Below, in pieces: positions 34,042 through 56,319 of a DNA stretch of 64,000 nucleotides; the first letter of the stretch is position 1; each line of letters begins with the position of its first letter. Made by a program: the position numbers and the translations under genes. Below the pieces are notes generated by a model. That model searched no databases, was not told the DNA's origin, and saw nothing but the letters and a program-made list of their open reading frames with translations. The DNA is taken from assembly GCF_009914755.1 (NCBI RefSeq), contig NC_060931.1. One strand, written 5' to 3'. The stretch is from the human T2T-CHM13v2.0 reference genome, Homo sapiens.

Positions 34042-34183
34042 TAATATGCAGAATATTCTATGTAGGTATTTTCTATATATAAGACCCCCTCTAAGAAGGG
34101 TTTCTATGTAAGAATAGTACAAATGATCTGGAAAGGTTAATAGGCTTGACAAATCTACGTTTCTTAAAACTGTAAAAATAGTC

Positions 34184-34413
34184 CAGTTGTCCTATGGTAT
34201 ATGTAAAGAACATATACCATAGGGGATTGGTTCCAGGACCCCTGTTTTTACTGAAATCCTGGCATACCCAAGTCCACACTGTGGGCCCTGCAGAACCTGA
34301 ATGTGAAAATTTGGGCCTCCATATATGCCGGTTTCGGTCTGCATTTGGTTGAAAAAGATCCACATATAAGTGAGCTCACGCAGCTTAAACCCGTGTTGTT
34401 CAAGGGTCCACTG
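34184..34413 (+). mobile_element. MER8-like TcMar-Tigger MITE
   Basis: CAGTTGTCC...GGGGATTGGTTCCAGGACCCC...AAACCCGTGTTGTTCAAGGGTCCACTG. Confidence 0.8.
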
Positions 34414-34550
34414 CATTTGAAAATCAAGTCCATAAAAAAGTTGCCTTATTTTACAAAATGTTGGATTACTACCTCTCCCGTATCTTAAAAGTACCATCTA
34501 TTTACTATCCCATTGAGATAATAAAACTTTTAGAATTAGAATAGAACCTA

Positions 34551-34869
<319 letters not shown>

Positions 34870-35110
34870 TTACTGCTCCTTGCTTTGTCTGAGACTCAGA
34901 GGTTAAGTGACTTGCCCAAGGTAGCACAGGTAGTAGCAAATTGAGACTTGACACCTGGCTTCCAGAGTACTTATTTAAAGTCCCCTTTGCACCCCCATTT
35001 TAAAAATTAAATTCTTGGCCGGACACAGTGGCTCACGCCTGTAATCTCAGCACTTTGGGAGGCCGAGGTGGGCGGATCATGAGGTCGGGAGATCAAGACC
35101 ATCCTGGCTA

Positions 35111-35314
<204 letters not shown>

Positions 35315-35799
35315 TTAAATTCTTGTCTAGGTAATGCATTCGCTGCTTCGGATTTGAAAGATAACAAAGCATGTACAGTGAAAAGTCTCCTTCATATCCC
35401 TTCCACCAAACAGACAGTTCTCCCTCTCAGTAGACCGCTGTGAAACTTTTCAGAGCCGTTTGACACATAGACAAACATCCATGTGACCATATGATTCCCT
35501 TTTTTTAACATGGGTGTATCGTGTATGCGTCCTTATTGATAGCCTGCTTTTTGCTTGGCATTTGTTCCATTGCTCCCATACTTTAAATGCTTATGTTCAT
35601 ATTTAGTGAAATGTTAATAACTGCTAGTACGTAAAAGAGAATTTGTTCTAGTAGTTTTGACTAACCAAGATAAATTTCAGAAATAAAATTCTTAACATTA
35701 TCATTGTTTCTTGGTATGGAAATTTCAGAAGCAGGTTGAACTGAAAAGAGTCCAAGAGGAATAGAGAAATATCACAAGGAAGTGAATCTGGACTGTAGT

Positions 35800-36035
35800 A
35801 GAGATAAATGTTAATACTTACAGATAATGCTCACTATGTGCTAGGCAGTGTTCTAAATGTTTTGCATACATTATTGAAGTCTCTCAAGAGTCCCATGAGG
35901 CAGGTAGCTTTTATCACCATTTTACAGATGGGAAAACTGAGCCACTCAGACTAACATTTGATCCAGGTAGTACAGTGGCAGAGGCCTAATTCTAACCCAC
36001 GCAGTCTGGCTCAAGAGTCCAAGCTCTTTACCACT
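35800..36035 (-). mobile_element. MIR
   Basis: CTATGTGCTAGGCA...CCATTTTACAGATGGGAAAACTGAG core. Confidence 0.8.
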
Positions 36036-37173
36036 ACTCTTTCGTCTTCCTTTCTTCCTTTCCCTCCCACCCTCCTTCCTTTCCTTTCCTTTCCTTTCCT
36101 TTCTTTTCTCTCTTTCTTTTCCTTCCTTCCTCTTTAATTTTTTGAGACATTGTCTCACTCTGTCTCCCCAGGCTGAGTGCAGTGGTGCAATCATGGCTCA
36201 CTGCAGCCTCAACCTCCCTAGGTCAAGTGATCCTCCCACCTCAGCTTCCTGAGTAGCTGGGTCTACAGTTGCGCACCCCACCATGCCTAGCTAATTTTTT
36301 CTATTTTTCATAGTGACCAGGTCTCACTTTGTTGCCTGAGTTGGTCTCAAACTCCTGGCCTCAAGCAGTCTTCCCACTTGGCCTCCCAAAGTGCTGAGAT
36401 TACATGTGTGAGCCACCACGCCCAGCCTTTTACCACTACTTTAAATTCCATTTAGATCTAATATTGATAGAGTGATAACCATATCAACCAGATTTTTAAA
36501 ATATGCAAACGATGGTGCCAGTTTCTGTATCTGTGACAAAAATATATAGAGTTTGTATTATAGCTTTTACCTGTTTAGAGCACTCTTTGGAAAGGCAGGG
36601 AAATTACTGTGAAGGTATTGGTATTCCAGAAGTAAGTTCCTGGAGTGTTTTGCCTTCTAAGGTGTGAGGACGTGGTTTGTCACACCCAGTTAGCTATCAG
36701 ATAGTGGAGTGAGCTATCCGGAAGACTTAGCAGGTTAGCCTAGGGAGGAAGGAGAAAGGGGTTCTGGGCACATGGAGGGAGGGGGAGGGAAAAGAGTTTG
36801 TTTTTGTCCTAGATTGGGGTAGCTTTTTCTGAGGGAGGCCTTGTCCTGTGGACCTGCTGCATATAAAGACAGGAGAATTGGACCTGAGGTGTGGTGCTAG
36901 CTAAAGCGCCACACAGATCTGGGAATTTAAGAGGAGTTCATTTCCTCAATCATTAGGAAGAACTTGAAAGGGTAGCAAACTGTGGTCATTTGAGAAGAAT
37001 AGCAAGTGGTCATATTTGAATGTAACATACTCAACTGGGTTGGGAAAGAACCAGAATCTAGATCTTGCCCATAACAAGTGCAAAACCAGGCGTTCTTGTA
37101 AACCATGTACTCTTGTAAACACTGATAAGACATAGCACTGAGTCTTGGGCTTTTCTTCTATAAAGTTGTTGTA

Positions 37174-37407
37174 CTGGTTGAGGATCCCTAATCCAAAAAT
37201 CCAAAATCTGAAATGCCCCTGTGAGCATTTCCGTTGAGTGTCATATTGGCACTCAAAGTTTTGGATTTTGAACCATTTCAGATTTTGGACTTTCAGATTT
37301 GGGATGCTCAACCCGGTATATAATGCACATATTCCCAAATCTGAAAAAATCCCAAATCCAAAGTATTTCAGCTCCAAAGCTGTTTCAGATAAGGAATACT
37401 CAACCTG
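37174..37407. mobile_element. Tigger4a/MER46-like MITE with TIRs and TA target duplications
   Basis: TA|CTGGTTGAGGATCCCTAATCC ... AGATAAGGAATACTCAACCTG|TA. Confidence 0.85.
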
Positions 37408-37619
37408 TACTACATTGTACTAGGCTTGTATTAGATTCCCAGTTTTCAAAATTTGTATCTCAGAATCCCTGTTCTCTGTCAATGAAACAGGGATTTCATA
37501 CACCTTTGATTCACATTTTAATGTTTTAACTTTAAAATATTATAAATGTTTAAACACAGTCAAATGCATCTCATGCTAAATTTTAATATATTAGAGACAA
37601 CTGATTTGTACTGCCAGGT

Positions 37620-38645
<1,026 letters not shown>

Positions 38646-39387
38646 TCAAAAATAAAATAAAATAAAATAAAAAGTAAAAAAGCACACACAAAAAAGTGCA
38701 TTTAGAATATTTGAGAGAAAATAAGCAAAAGGAAGAAAATGTAAATTATCTATAATGCTTACACCCAGGACAACAATCCTTGGAATAGAGTGTCTCACTT
38801 TGTATATAGAAATGAAACTTTTAAAATGCCATTTTATTTTTTAATTAAAATTTTTTCTTTCCTTTTTTTTCCTCAGAGTTAGAAAGGATAAAAATGTTAT
38901 TGATTAGTAAGACTGTATGTTGATATTTTGAAATTTTAGGCTAGTGCTTGTTTGTTCATATAACATTATATAAGCACATTCAGTACTATTAGAACTGTTG
39001 CATTATGCAATAACATGACTGCCTAATGCATATATCAGGATTAGTACATATTGTAAAGTTTTTATTTTTTACCAAAATGTTTACGACTACCAAGTATTCA
39101 TTCCTTAACACTATTACATAATTAATTTAGAAATGTTTTACTTTTAAAACTTCTGGATAGGTGTAATTAAATTCTTAGATAGCGTTAATGTACTATTTAA
39201 AAAACACACACAAAACATTATCATTTGTAAAACATGCTTTATCATCTATTCATCTTTGTGAATCCGGTTTTTCTTGATACCATGCCATCAAAACAAATTT
39301 GACATAAGACTGCCCAATCATCCATAATTTAAAGTTGGTGTTTGTCAGAAGAATTTTATTGTTCTCATTATACATGTTATACATTTG

Positions 39388-39421
<34 letters not shown>

Positions 39422-39534
39422 GAGATGCAGTCTCACTCTGTCACCCAGGCTGGAATGCATGCAGTGGTGCCATCTCGGCTCAATGCAACCTCCACCTCCC
39501 AGCTTCAAGTGATTTTCCTGCTTCAGCCTCCTGA

Positions 39535-39738
<204 letters not shown>

Positions 39739-39804
39739 TGATAGAATAAAATACTGCTTTATTCTTTTTTTGTTTGTTTTTTGAGATGGAGTTTCACTCT
39801 TTAA

Positions 39805-39999
<195 letters not shown>

Positions 40000-40681
40000 T
40001 AGTCTGCCCTCCTCAGCCTCCCAAAGTGCTGGGATTACAGGTGCAAGCCACCACACCCAGCCTAATCTGTTTCTTATGTTATAGATGCACATAAAATTTC
40101 ATTTAGAAAAATGTTCTTGTACTACAATATTTAAAGCTATTGAATTATGATTCATAAGTTTTATTTTGTAGTTAGCATCTCTAGGGGAATTTCAGGGACA
40201 CTGTTGGCTGTCTTGTGATTACCGATCCTTTTAAAAACTCGTTGTATTTGAGAAGTAAAATAGTAGAATATATATGACAAAATCGGGAATTAAAGTAGAC
40301 AGTATACTCAATTCCACTGTGTTTAAAGAGTTTGATTAATTTCTATACATTGTGCCAGTGGTTAAGATCTGGGACTCTAGAGTCAACCTGAGTTGAAATC
40401 TTGGCTCTGTCACTTGATCTCTTGTCTCAGCTTCTTCCTCCATAAAATGAGGGTAGTAATAGCCTTAACTCATAGGATTATTGTGAATATGAAGTGTACC
40501 AGTACATGTAAATAGTCCTGGTGTCTGGCATAAAGGTACTCATAAAACATAGTTACTATTATTTTAGAACATGGTTTAGATCTTCCTGTATGTTTAATTT
40601 GTCTTTTCCTCACTTAACATATCACGGCAGGGCACGGTGGCCATAATCCCAGCACTTTGGGAGGCTGAGGCAGGTGGATCA

Positions 40682-40969
<288 letters not shown>

Positions 40970-40999
40970 TTAAAAATTCCACCAGTAATGGAAGAGAAT

Positions 41000-42330
41000 A
41001 TTGGGTGCCCTGTGCCCTTGCCAAATTGGGCATTCTCATTTTTTAGATATTTGCCAATATGATTTATGAAAATTGTCATGTTATTGTTTTGATTTGCATT
41101 TTCCCCAAGCATCAGCAAGATTTAATGGTTTCACATTTAAAAAATTTATTTTTTAATTTATAATCACCTTGTTTGATAATGAGGTTTTCATGTTTTTATT
41201 AACTGTGTTTCTTCTCCTGCCTGGATAAATTTTAGAATTTTTCACATCGATTTAGACGAATGCTAGTACAAAGGTTTTTTTAAGTCTATGATAATTTTAA
41301 TGATTTTTCTTGGTAATTTTTGTCTGTAGATTCAAGTTCAGACAGGCACTTCCCATTCTGATATCGTGTAAATATATGTAATTTGTTAGTTCTGAAAAAC
41401 ATGACTTCTTTAACCTCCTAGAATGTAGTTTACTGGGTGTTACATGAATCTACAACATAATTTTTGTACAGACAAAAATTTTGCATTTCTTCTGGATATT
41501 GCCTGTTCATACCTTTGCCCATTTTTTCCCTTTCTGGGTTGTTTATCTTTTCTTCTTATTGCTTTATAGGAGTTCTTTAGATGTCACAATGGTTAATCTT
41601 TTGTTATATGTGTTACACATTTTCTCTTCATTTGTTATTTGTCTTTTAATTTTGTGTTATGGTGTCTTTACATAGAAGTGTTAACTTAGGTGGTCAGATC
41701 TTTCACTTAAAAAAATTCTTCATTATTCAACTGGAAAATCTTTCACATATTTATAGTTTTTTTTTTTTTTTCTGGTTTAGCAAAATCTCTACCATCCCAA
41801 GATTATCTTTAAAATATTTTCATATATTTTATATGAAAAAATTTTTTTCACACTGAGCTCTTTTAGTTTGTATGGAATTTCCTTTTGTATCTAGTGTAAG
41901 GGTAGGGATCTAAATTTTTCCTAAATGGATAGGCTTTTGCCTCTCTCAGTTCATTGACTTGTTCATATTTCAAATGCCACAAGGCTTTTCTGCATACATA
42001 AGGCCTCTTTCTGGATTCTCAGTTCTGTTCCAGTGACAGGTTGGTCTGTGTTTATTCCATTACCACCCCTCCCCCGTGGCTTTTTATAGAAGTTTGATAT
42101 CTGATAGGGCAAATATGCTCATTTCCAAATTTTTCTTTGCTATTGTCATGAATTTACTGTTTCCGGTGAATTGTAGAATAATTTTGATGAGTTCTAAGAC
42201 AAATCCCACTGAGATTTTGATTAGAATTGTGCTAAATTTATAGACGAATATGGGAAGGAGTCAGTTCTCACTAGCAGGTCTTTCCATCAAGGAGCATATT
42301 GTATCTGTTTATTCTGGAATTGCCTCTCTG
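41000..42330 (-). mobile_element. Degenerate L1M ORF2 fragments
   Basis: T-rich antisense L1 motifs (TTGATTTGCATTTTCC, GAGATTTTGATTAGAATTGTGCTAAATTTATAG). Confidence 0.6.
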
Positions 42331-42815
42331 ATAACGGTTTTAACTTAGATGCTCATTGTGGCATTGTTTTGTTCTAAACACATGTATTACAAAGATAGTG
42401 TTAGAGTAAATTAGTTGAGGGAAAAGCCTTATATCATCTATCCCTGTTTTCATTTCTCTTTTCACCTTTACTTTTGGTCTAAAGAGTCTTTATCATGATA
42501 TATGGTATATGTATACTCAGGTTCTTGTAATAATCGGCAGTATATTATGATCTCTTTTTCTTATAGTCATTAATTTAATGATTAAGGACCATTTAATCAA
42601 GTTGATACCTGTACTTAACTCTTATTGTTAGATATGAAGGATGTTTCCAGTTTCTGAAGGTACACATTGAGATAGTGCCTTTACTTTTGTTTTATTTGAA
42701 AAATGTTTCAGGAGGGGTTGTTTTATTTTTTCAAAAAACCTCTTTGAGGTAATACGCAATTGTTGTGAAAATGTCATACAATATTGCAGCATATAAAGAA
42801 GAAGGTGCCTTTTGA

Positions 42816-43043
<228 letters not shown>

Positions 43044-43069
43044 TAGCCAGGATGGTCTCAATCTCCTGA

Positions 43070-43309
<240 letters not shown>

Positions 43310-45289
43310 TAGTAGAGACGGGGGTTTCACCGTGTTAGCCAGGATGGTCTCGATCTCCTGACCCCATGATCTGCCCGCCTTAGCCTCCCAAAGTGCTGGG
43401 ATTACACGCATGAGCCACCATGCCTGGCCGGGAAGGTAAGAGTTTTGTTCTCTAAACTTTCAGTCATTGGAGTACCTCCTTGTTACTTTTGCCATATGCT
43501 TGTATCATCTGTACTGTTAATTCATAACACTTTTCTTAAAATTTACTAAAGAAACCCAGAAATCCTTAGTGATAAGAGCTGTGAACTCTTGATCTATATT
43601 AGATAAATACATAACTTTGATATTATGTACATTGCTGTATATTAAAGAAATATAACATTGATCCATATTAAATAAATGAGTTTTTCAAAAGTATGTATAC
43701 TTTATGACACACTGGCACAGTGAGTGGAAGTGTAGGTTCTGAAATCAAGGTTTCGTGGTTTTAGATCCTAATTGTGCTATGTCCTCCCTCAGTGATACTA
43801 GATAATAAACTTAAGCCTCCACTTCCATTTTATTTGTTAAATGAGGTTAGTATGCCACCTGCCTTGTAAGGTTATTGTAAAATTAAACAGCAAGTGTACA
43901 AGCAGTCAGCACAGCCCTAGTACATAGGTGTTGCACAAATGCTATCATTCAATAGAATAATTTGTAAATACCTTGCGCCTCCTTCAAAGTTAGTTCTCAC
44001 ACAAGCATCTCATTTTTAAAGTGTTTACATAGTATATATTGTAAGAATGTATTGTGATTTATGAAACATAGCCTTTTTAAATTTTGTTTCTTTCTGTCAT
44101 TTAAAAATAAAAGCAACAAATAACAGGATAGCTTCCTACTATGTATCACCATATTTCCCTCCCAAAGGACTGTACTAATTTGCTGTTCTGTCAGTTTAGA
44201 CTTTATCACTTAAATATTTGGTGAGGGGTGATAGTGGGTTTAAAAATAAAAGTTGTTTTTGTTTTAGTTAACATTTTATTATTATTCACCAGCCATTAAG
44301 GAACACATTAATTACTATTTATTCTTTCTTGTTGAATCTGTGCAATTTTCTGAGAAGTAGGTAAACCCGCCCCTGTGTGTGTATGTGTCTGTGTGTGTGA
44401 GATGCAATTTGTGTGGTGCTAGAAATTGAGAAATTATGGTAATTTCTTATTATTCTGGTCAGGGATCCCTGGAATATCAAAATTGTCTGCAATCTATAGC
44501 CACTATTTTCAAGTCTATAGGGTCCCTGGGAGAAATATTTATATTAAATATTTGCACTGACAAATGGACAACAAAAGGACTCTACATTTTATTCTTAACT
44601 AGGACTTGGGCACCAAACTCCAGGGTAAAAGACTGGAATGAACCCAGCTGGTTCAGGTGGAAATGCTGTTTTTTTGGAATCTAGTTAAGCTTAAATTGTT
44701 TCAAACTAAAGCAGGCCATGAGATGAACCCTTTTCATCTTCCCAGTTCTCAAACACACTGAGATCTTCCCCACATTTCACTCCTTTCTGTCAGTTGCTTG
44801 AGGTCATGTAACCAGAGTGAGCCCATTTGCCCTGGCTGACTGCTGATCTGGCCTTGGACACCTGCCTTGGCCTCTTCTACCCAAGCTGTAGGTTTGGCCC
44901 TGTCTCTCCTTTACTGCGGTGGTGAGGGGGGTGCAGGGGGGAGTGACAACCTTCTTAACCACTTCAGTCACATGAAAGAAGCAGACAAGTGAGCTCGCAT
45001 CTGTGTACTGACCTTTTAACAGTGATGCTGCCCAGTACACTCAGACCCAATCAGTGTTCTCATATCTGCCTTCCTCCTTCCTGAGAATTAGGAGAAAGAA
45101 GAGCTCAGCCTTGATTTCTTACCTCAAAAGACAGCAAAAAAAAAAAACTTGCAGCCATTCTCAGAAATATTGGTTTTCTGTTGGGTTGTTGCTTGTGTCA
45201 AGTCAGCCAGAAAGAGGTGGAGTAAAAACTAGCCTGCTGAGTAGTACACATAATCCATGTCCCCCTCTAACCCCCCAACTACACATCAA

Positions 45290-49735
<4,446 letters not shown>

Positions 49736-50539
49736 ATTTTGTGACTTTTGAATATTTTGTTTATTACCCATTTTCAAAAGAGCACTAAAGTAAAAAGACA
49801 TGTCCTTATTCAGAGCTGGTTAATTACATGGTAAAAAGTTGATGGCTGGCATGTCTTATTCATTTCAACCAATATTAAATGCCAGTTTGGGCAGCAAAAC
49901 AACTTTCTGCCAAAGCGCCATTTGAAGCCTAGTTTATGACATGTTTCTCCTTTTGTCATCTTTGGGTGCCACCCAAAATGCAGGCTCAAGGCCTCAGCCT
50001 CTTGACTCTCTTCAACAGTTTCCCCCCTTGGCTTATTGTCCAACTTTGGCCTACTCTTCCAAATCCACCTCTTTATCCCAGGAACAAGCGGCTTCTATGC
50101 CAAGGGCATGGCTTCCTCTTTGCAGATTGTCTCATATCTCTGACCTGGAAAAAAGGGGATTTTTCATTCTGCTAGCTTTTTAGTGCTGCTTTGAGATCAT
50201 TATTCTAGAGCCCTCTGCAGTAATGTTTTTTCTCATGGATTGAAATTCATTGTTTCCAGTAGGATTTTTGACTAGATGTGGAAACAGAAGGACAAATTGA
50301 AATGACTCAAGCTTATGGGAGGACTGAATATCATTAACTGGCACAGAGGGAGAAAGGCAGGCTCTAGGTGGAAGATATGTGACTTGCTTTTGAAAACAGT
50401 GGTGTGAGATTCTGGCCTGTGAAAACAGCTGGAGTTATGAGCTAGAAATGGGGACTTAAAAAATAGCTTCGTACCAGACATGGTGGCTCATGCCTGTAAT
50501 CCCAGCACATTGGGAGGCTGAGACAGGCGGATCATCTTA

Positions 50540-50911
<372 letters not shown>

Positions 50912-51271
50912 TCACAAGGTCCGGAGATCGAGACAATCCTGGCTAACACGGTGAAACCCCGTCTCTACTAAAAATACAAAAAAATTAGCCAGGCATGGTG
51001 GTGGGCACCCGTAGTCCCAGCTACTCAGGAGGCTGTGAGGCAGGAGAATGGCATGAACCCGGGAGGGGTGGCAGAGCTTGCAGTGAGCTGAGATCGTGCC
51101 ACTGCACTCCAGCCTGGGTGACAGAGCAAGGCTCTGTCTCAAAAAAAAAAAAAGAAAGAAAGAAAATATAGAAAAATAAAGAAAATGTTACCCACAAAAC
51201 AGATCATCATTCTTAATACCTTAAGTGAATTAACTGCTGTTTTTTCCTCTGGTTGTATATGTATAAAACTA

Positions 51272-51748
<477 letters not shown>

Positions 51749-52169
51749 CTACACAGATGGAGAAGAAAATGCGGCAAGAATAGGATTTTGGAAACTTGCC
51801 TAGAACTTTCAAGATTCAAGAATCAGAAATGATAATCAAAGAGGTAGGAGAATTAAGAGTTGAGTGTCAAACTAAGAAGAGCAAATTCCAAGAAAAAAAG
51901 GAGGAAAATTTTTTTTTGGTGTTATAAAGAGGTAGAGCTGGATGAAGGCTAAGCATTTAAATACTAAGTTGAGGGCATAGTGGCTGGCACGTGCCTATAA
52001 TCCCAATGCTTTGGGAGGCCTAGGTGGGAGGATGCCTTGAGACCAGGAAATTGAAGCTGCAGTGAGTTATGAGCCAATGCACTCCAGCCTGGGTGAGAGT
52101 GAGACCCTATCTCAAAACAGCAACAACAACAAGATACAAATTGAGAAACTGTTACTTGATTTGCGATAT

Positions 52170-53090
52170 ATATTCTGTCCAGCAGTGATAGAATAACAAG
52201 GACTGGATTTACCTTGCTATTTTAAGCAACAATATATGAAATAGCAATTTGTGGGCATTGGGTAACAGGCAAAGCAAGACTGTGGTCACTGAAAGATGGG
52301 AAACAAACCTACTGAGCTCTATGGTTGTCCCAATTTATTATCTGGAGGTAGTTTTCAGGCTGCAGAGCAGGGATGGGGAAGTCAAATAGAGCATGGTGTC
52401 TTAGAATTGGGAGGACAAGATGGGGGTTGGCAGGAAGGGAAGGTTGTCATCATTCGTGGGGCAGAGTACCAGAGGGGTGGGAGTTGTACACAGAACTCCA
52501 GAGATAGGTGGAGGAGTCTCCTGAAATCTGGTTGAGTCCTGATCTACAGGTGCATGAGAGGAGAGCACCTGAGGCCAGAGAAAGAACCCCACTGGAAAGC
52601 AGCAGGCCAAACAATTCCTGGGACTCACACAGAGCTGGGAATAGTCTGTGTTCCCATTAGCCAGAGTATATGCAAGGGCATCAAAAGGGCATTGTAATGA
52701 GGCTAAATTCGCCCTAAGTTAAAGGCTACTCTGGATCTACTCTAACAATGAAAAAGCAAGTCTTGGAAGATACAGCCGATTTAAAGAATCTTACCTGTGT
52801 GTGAGAACAAAGTCCAGCCCTATTTAAAGAAAAACACAAAATCCAACACCCAAAACACAAAACTCATAATGTTTGGCATTCAGTAAAATGACCAAGCATG
52901 CAAAGAACCAGGAAAATATGATGTAATCAGGAGAACAATCAACAGAACTAGATCCAGAAATGACAGAGATGATGGAATTAACAGACGAAGACATGAAAAC
53001 AGCAATTATAAATATGCTGTCAGTTCAAAAAAGTAGAGGAAATGGTTAACATAATGGAAAGAGAAGTGGAAGGTGTACTTTAAAAGTGAC
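52170..53090 (+). mobile_element. Old L1M 5'UTR/ORF1-start fragment
   Basis: AAGCATGCAAAGAACCAGGAAAATATGA...CAGAGATGATGGAATTAACAGAC...AAAACAGCAATTATAAATATG, typical of ancient L1 ORF1 starts. Confidence 0.65.
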
Positions 53091-55185
53091 ATGTAACAGT
53101 GACAGTAATAGTACTGACTGTGCCTGGAGTCTGACAGCCCTGTCTTTGAATCCCTGCTTTTTTGCCATTCACAGTCTGGGCTAAAGGACTGTAATTGTAC
53201 ATTAATTATAATAAAATTTGAAAAAGTAAGGGTGGTTGACACAATCACATGGGCAAAATGCATGAGGATGGTTTTTCTCTTTATGGTTTTTTTTAAAGAC
53301 AGAATCTCACTCTGTCGCCCAGCCTGGAGTCCAGTGGTTCACTGCAACCTCCGCCTCCTGGGTTCAAGTGATTCTCCTGTCTCAGCCTCCCAAGTAGCTG
53401 GGATTACAGGCTTGCTCCACCATGCCCAGCTAATTTTTGTATTTTTTGTAGAGATGGTATTTCACCATGTTGGCCAGGCCGGTCTTGAACTCATGACTTC
53501 AGGTGATCCGCCTGAGTCAGCCTCCCAAAGTGCTGGGATTACCAGGCATGAGCCACCACATCTGGCCAGGTTTTCTCTTTTTAAAACAGCAATTTCTCTG
53601 TTATGTCTCATCTCCATCTCCAACTGGAGGGGAGAGAAATCTCTTTGCTTTAACATTTTTAAAGTCTTAGGGGATGGAGAATATGAGATTATTGAAGGGA
53701 GTATGCATTTTACTCATCCCGAAATTCCCAAAACTTAGCAGTTCAAATCCAAGAAAGGGAAATGATTTCCTGCTGATTTGAGTTCAGAATAATTAGGGTT
53801 TTGCTAGTAGTATACCATGCTATCAACATCCAGATGAAATATCTTTAATAAAGACTTGCTAATCTAGGAGGTGTTTTTGTTTTTACTGGGTTCAGTGGTG
53901 GCCCATGTTAGCAGAAAAGTGGAGCCACGGTTAAACTTGACGTCAGAATTGTTTTGGGGCCGGGTGCAGTGGCTCATTCTTGTAATCTCAGCACTTTGGA
54001 AGGCCGAGGTAGGTGGATCACTTGAGGCCAGGAGTTCACGAACAGCCCTGGCCAACATGGTGAAACTCCGTCTCTACTGAAAATACAAAAATTAGCCAGG
54101 CATGGTTCTGTATGCCTGTAGTCCCAGCTACTCCAGAGGCTGAGGCAGGAGAATCGATTGCTTGAAGCTGGGAGGCTGAGGTTTCAGTGAGCCAAGATTG
54201 TGCCACTGCACTCTCCAGCCTAGGCGACAGAGTGAGACTGTCACCAACAACAACAAAAAAAATTATTTGGGTTTTAGTGTTTGAGAAATACAGCATAAGC
54301 ACATAGAACATTTACAATTTAGGAAATAATTATGAAGTGGACACACACAACCACCATTGTAGTTAAGAAATAAATTGTTGCTACCACCTCAGAAGTCCCC
54401 TCCCACTGGAACCTCTCTCCAATCTCCAGAAGTCTGTTTTTCAGTTTTCATTGAAAAAATTACAAACCTGTGAAAATAATAATTATATTGTGTGTGCCCT
54501 TTACCTAGATTCACCAATTGTTTACATGTTGCTCCATTTCTTTTCTATTTTTCCTCTGAATCATTTGAAGGTAAGCTGCAGACATGTCATTTTACCTCTA
54601 AAATACAATTTTTTTCCGCTTTTTTTTTTTTTTTTTTTTTTAAGAGACAGGATTTTGCCATGTAGCTCAGGCTGGTTTCGAATTCCTGAGTTCAAGGGAT
54701 CCATCTGCTGTGGCCTCCCAAAGTGCTGGGATTACAGGCATGAGCTAACGCACCTGACCTTTCCTTTTAAATTATTTGGCCATTGCAGAGTAACAGTGGA
54801 GGCTGCTGAGCTTTCATTTTAGGAGATACCTGGCTTATTGTCACTAGAGCCCTACACTTGCCTAAAGAGGCAAGGATGTAAAATTATCTGTTACTGTTAA
54901 CTGTTAGCTGTCATCTTGAGTAAACTTTTACTGAGCCTCAAGCTTCCTCATCTGTAAAGTAGAGATAACCTGGGAAATAAATTACACATGAAAATGTTTC
55001 CATCATTATAATTTCATGCGCGTGATAGCTAATTGTGACTTTTTAATCTTAGTAATTTGTAGCCAAACACTTGGGTAGCTTTTTCAAGTAGATAGTACTT
55101 AAAGAGGCCCTTCATGCATTTTATTTGTGGTATTTTTAGACTGTTTCATATTGTTTTAAGTGATTCATTCTTTTTCTACTTTCAG

Positions 55186-55320
55186 CAAATTCAACACCCA
55201 ACAGCTTCCTTAATAGCAAAGGTAGCAACAGCCCAGGATGATATAACTGGTGATGGTACGACTTCCAACGTCCTAATCATTGGAGAGCTGCTGAAACAGG
55301 CGGATCTCTACATTTCTGAA
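55186..55320 (+). pseudogene. CCT6A-derived exon 3 (135 nt, open; contains the GDGTT ATP-binding motif)
   Basis: TTTCAG| [45 protein letters not shown] |GTATGC; starts in phase 0. Confidence 0.95.
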
Positions 55321-55466
55321 GTATGCACAACTTTTTTTTGTTTTGTTTTTTTGAGATGGGGTTTTACTCTTGTTGTCCAGGCTGGAGTGCAATGGCATCT
55401 CGGCTCACTGCAACGTCCGTCTCCTGGGTTCAAGCAATTCCCAGCCTCAGCCTCCCGAGTAGCTAG

Positions 55467-55664
<198 letters not shown>

Positions 55665-56185
55665 TAGGATGTGTCAGATACTTATTTATACAAATTGATG
55701 TGTTAATACTAGCGGAGGCCATACAGTAGAATTAGGGGGCTTAAATCTGGGTCTTTGTCTTGGTCTAAAACAAATTTGTTGTGAGCTTGGACAGGTTATG
55801 GAAACTTTTTTGGCCTGAAAATAATTTTGTAATCAAGTTGAATTGCCTATGTGATTTGTATCTGTCTTTAGATTAATAATGGAGATTTTAAAATGGGATG
55901 TTTAGGACTAGGCATATTTATTTGTTAGGAAAAATACAACCAAAAGCTTACATTTAGATAAATTCCACTTTTTTAGCCCTGACTAGTTCCAAGGTTTAAA
56001 ACAAACCTCAGTGACTACGAATCTATTGTCAGAATTTTCTGGTAAAAGAGAGCAGACAGTCTTTATTTATTTTTATTAGTAAATGATGTGAATTAGTTTG
56101 AGATTACCTATAGAAAAGATAGAATAATGCTACCATCTGTGAGTTGTTGGGACACAGTGTCGGTTTTGACATGATTCGGAGTGGT

Positions 56186-56319
56186 TTGCACAGTGAACAC
56201 CCAAGTGTGCTTTATAGTTCCCTTGGCTTTGACCCTGTGCTAGAGCATTGCCTGCTCTTCTCCTCTGCATTGAAAGGAATATTTATCCCTTTAAATGTAT
56301 TCAGAAAGCCAGCACATTA
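56186..56319 (+). ncRNA. SNORA22C: H/ACA box snoRNA, SNORA22 (ACA22) family
   Basis: 134 nt TTGCACAGTGAACACCCAAG...CCAGCACATTA recognised as ACA22. H box AGAGCA at 56242-56247, ACA at 56314-56316 three nt from the end, two hairpins, located in the intron between CCT6 exons 3 and 4. The paralog suffix depends on the CCT6P3 assignment. Confidence 0.93.
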
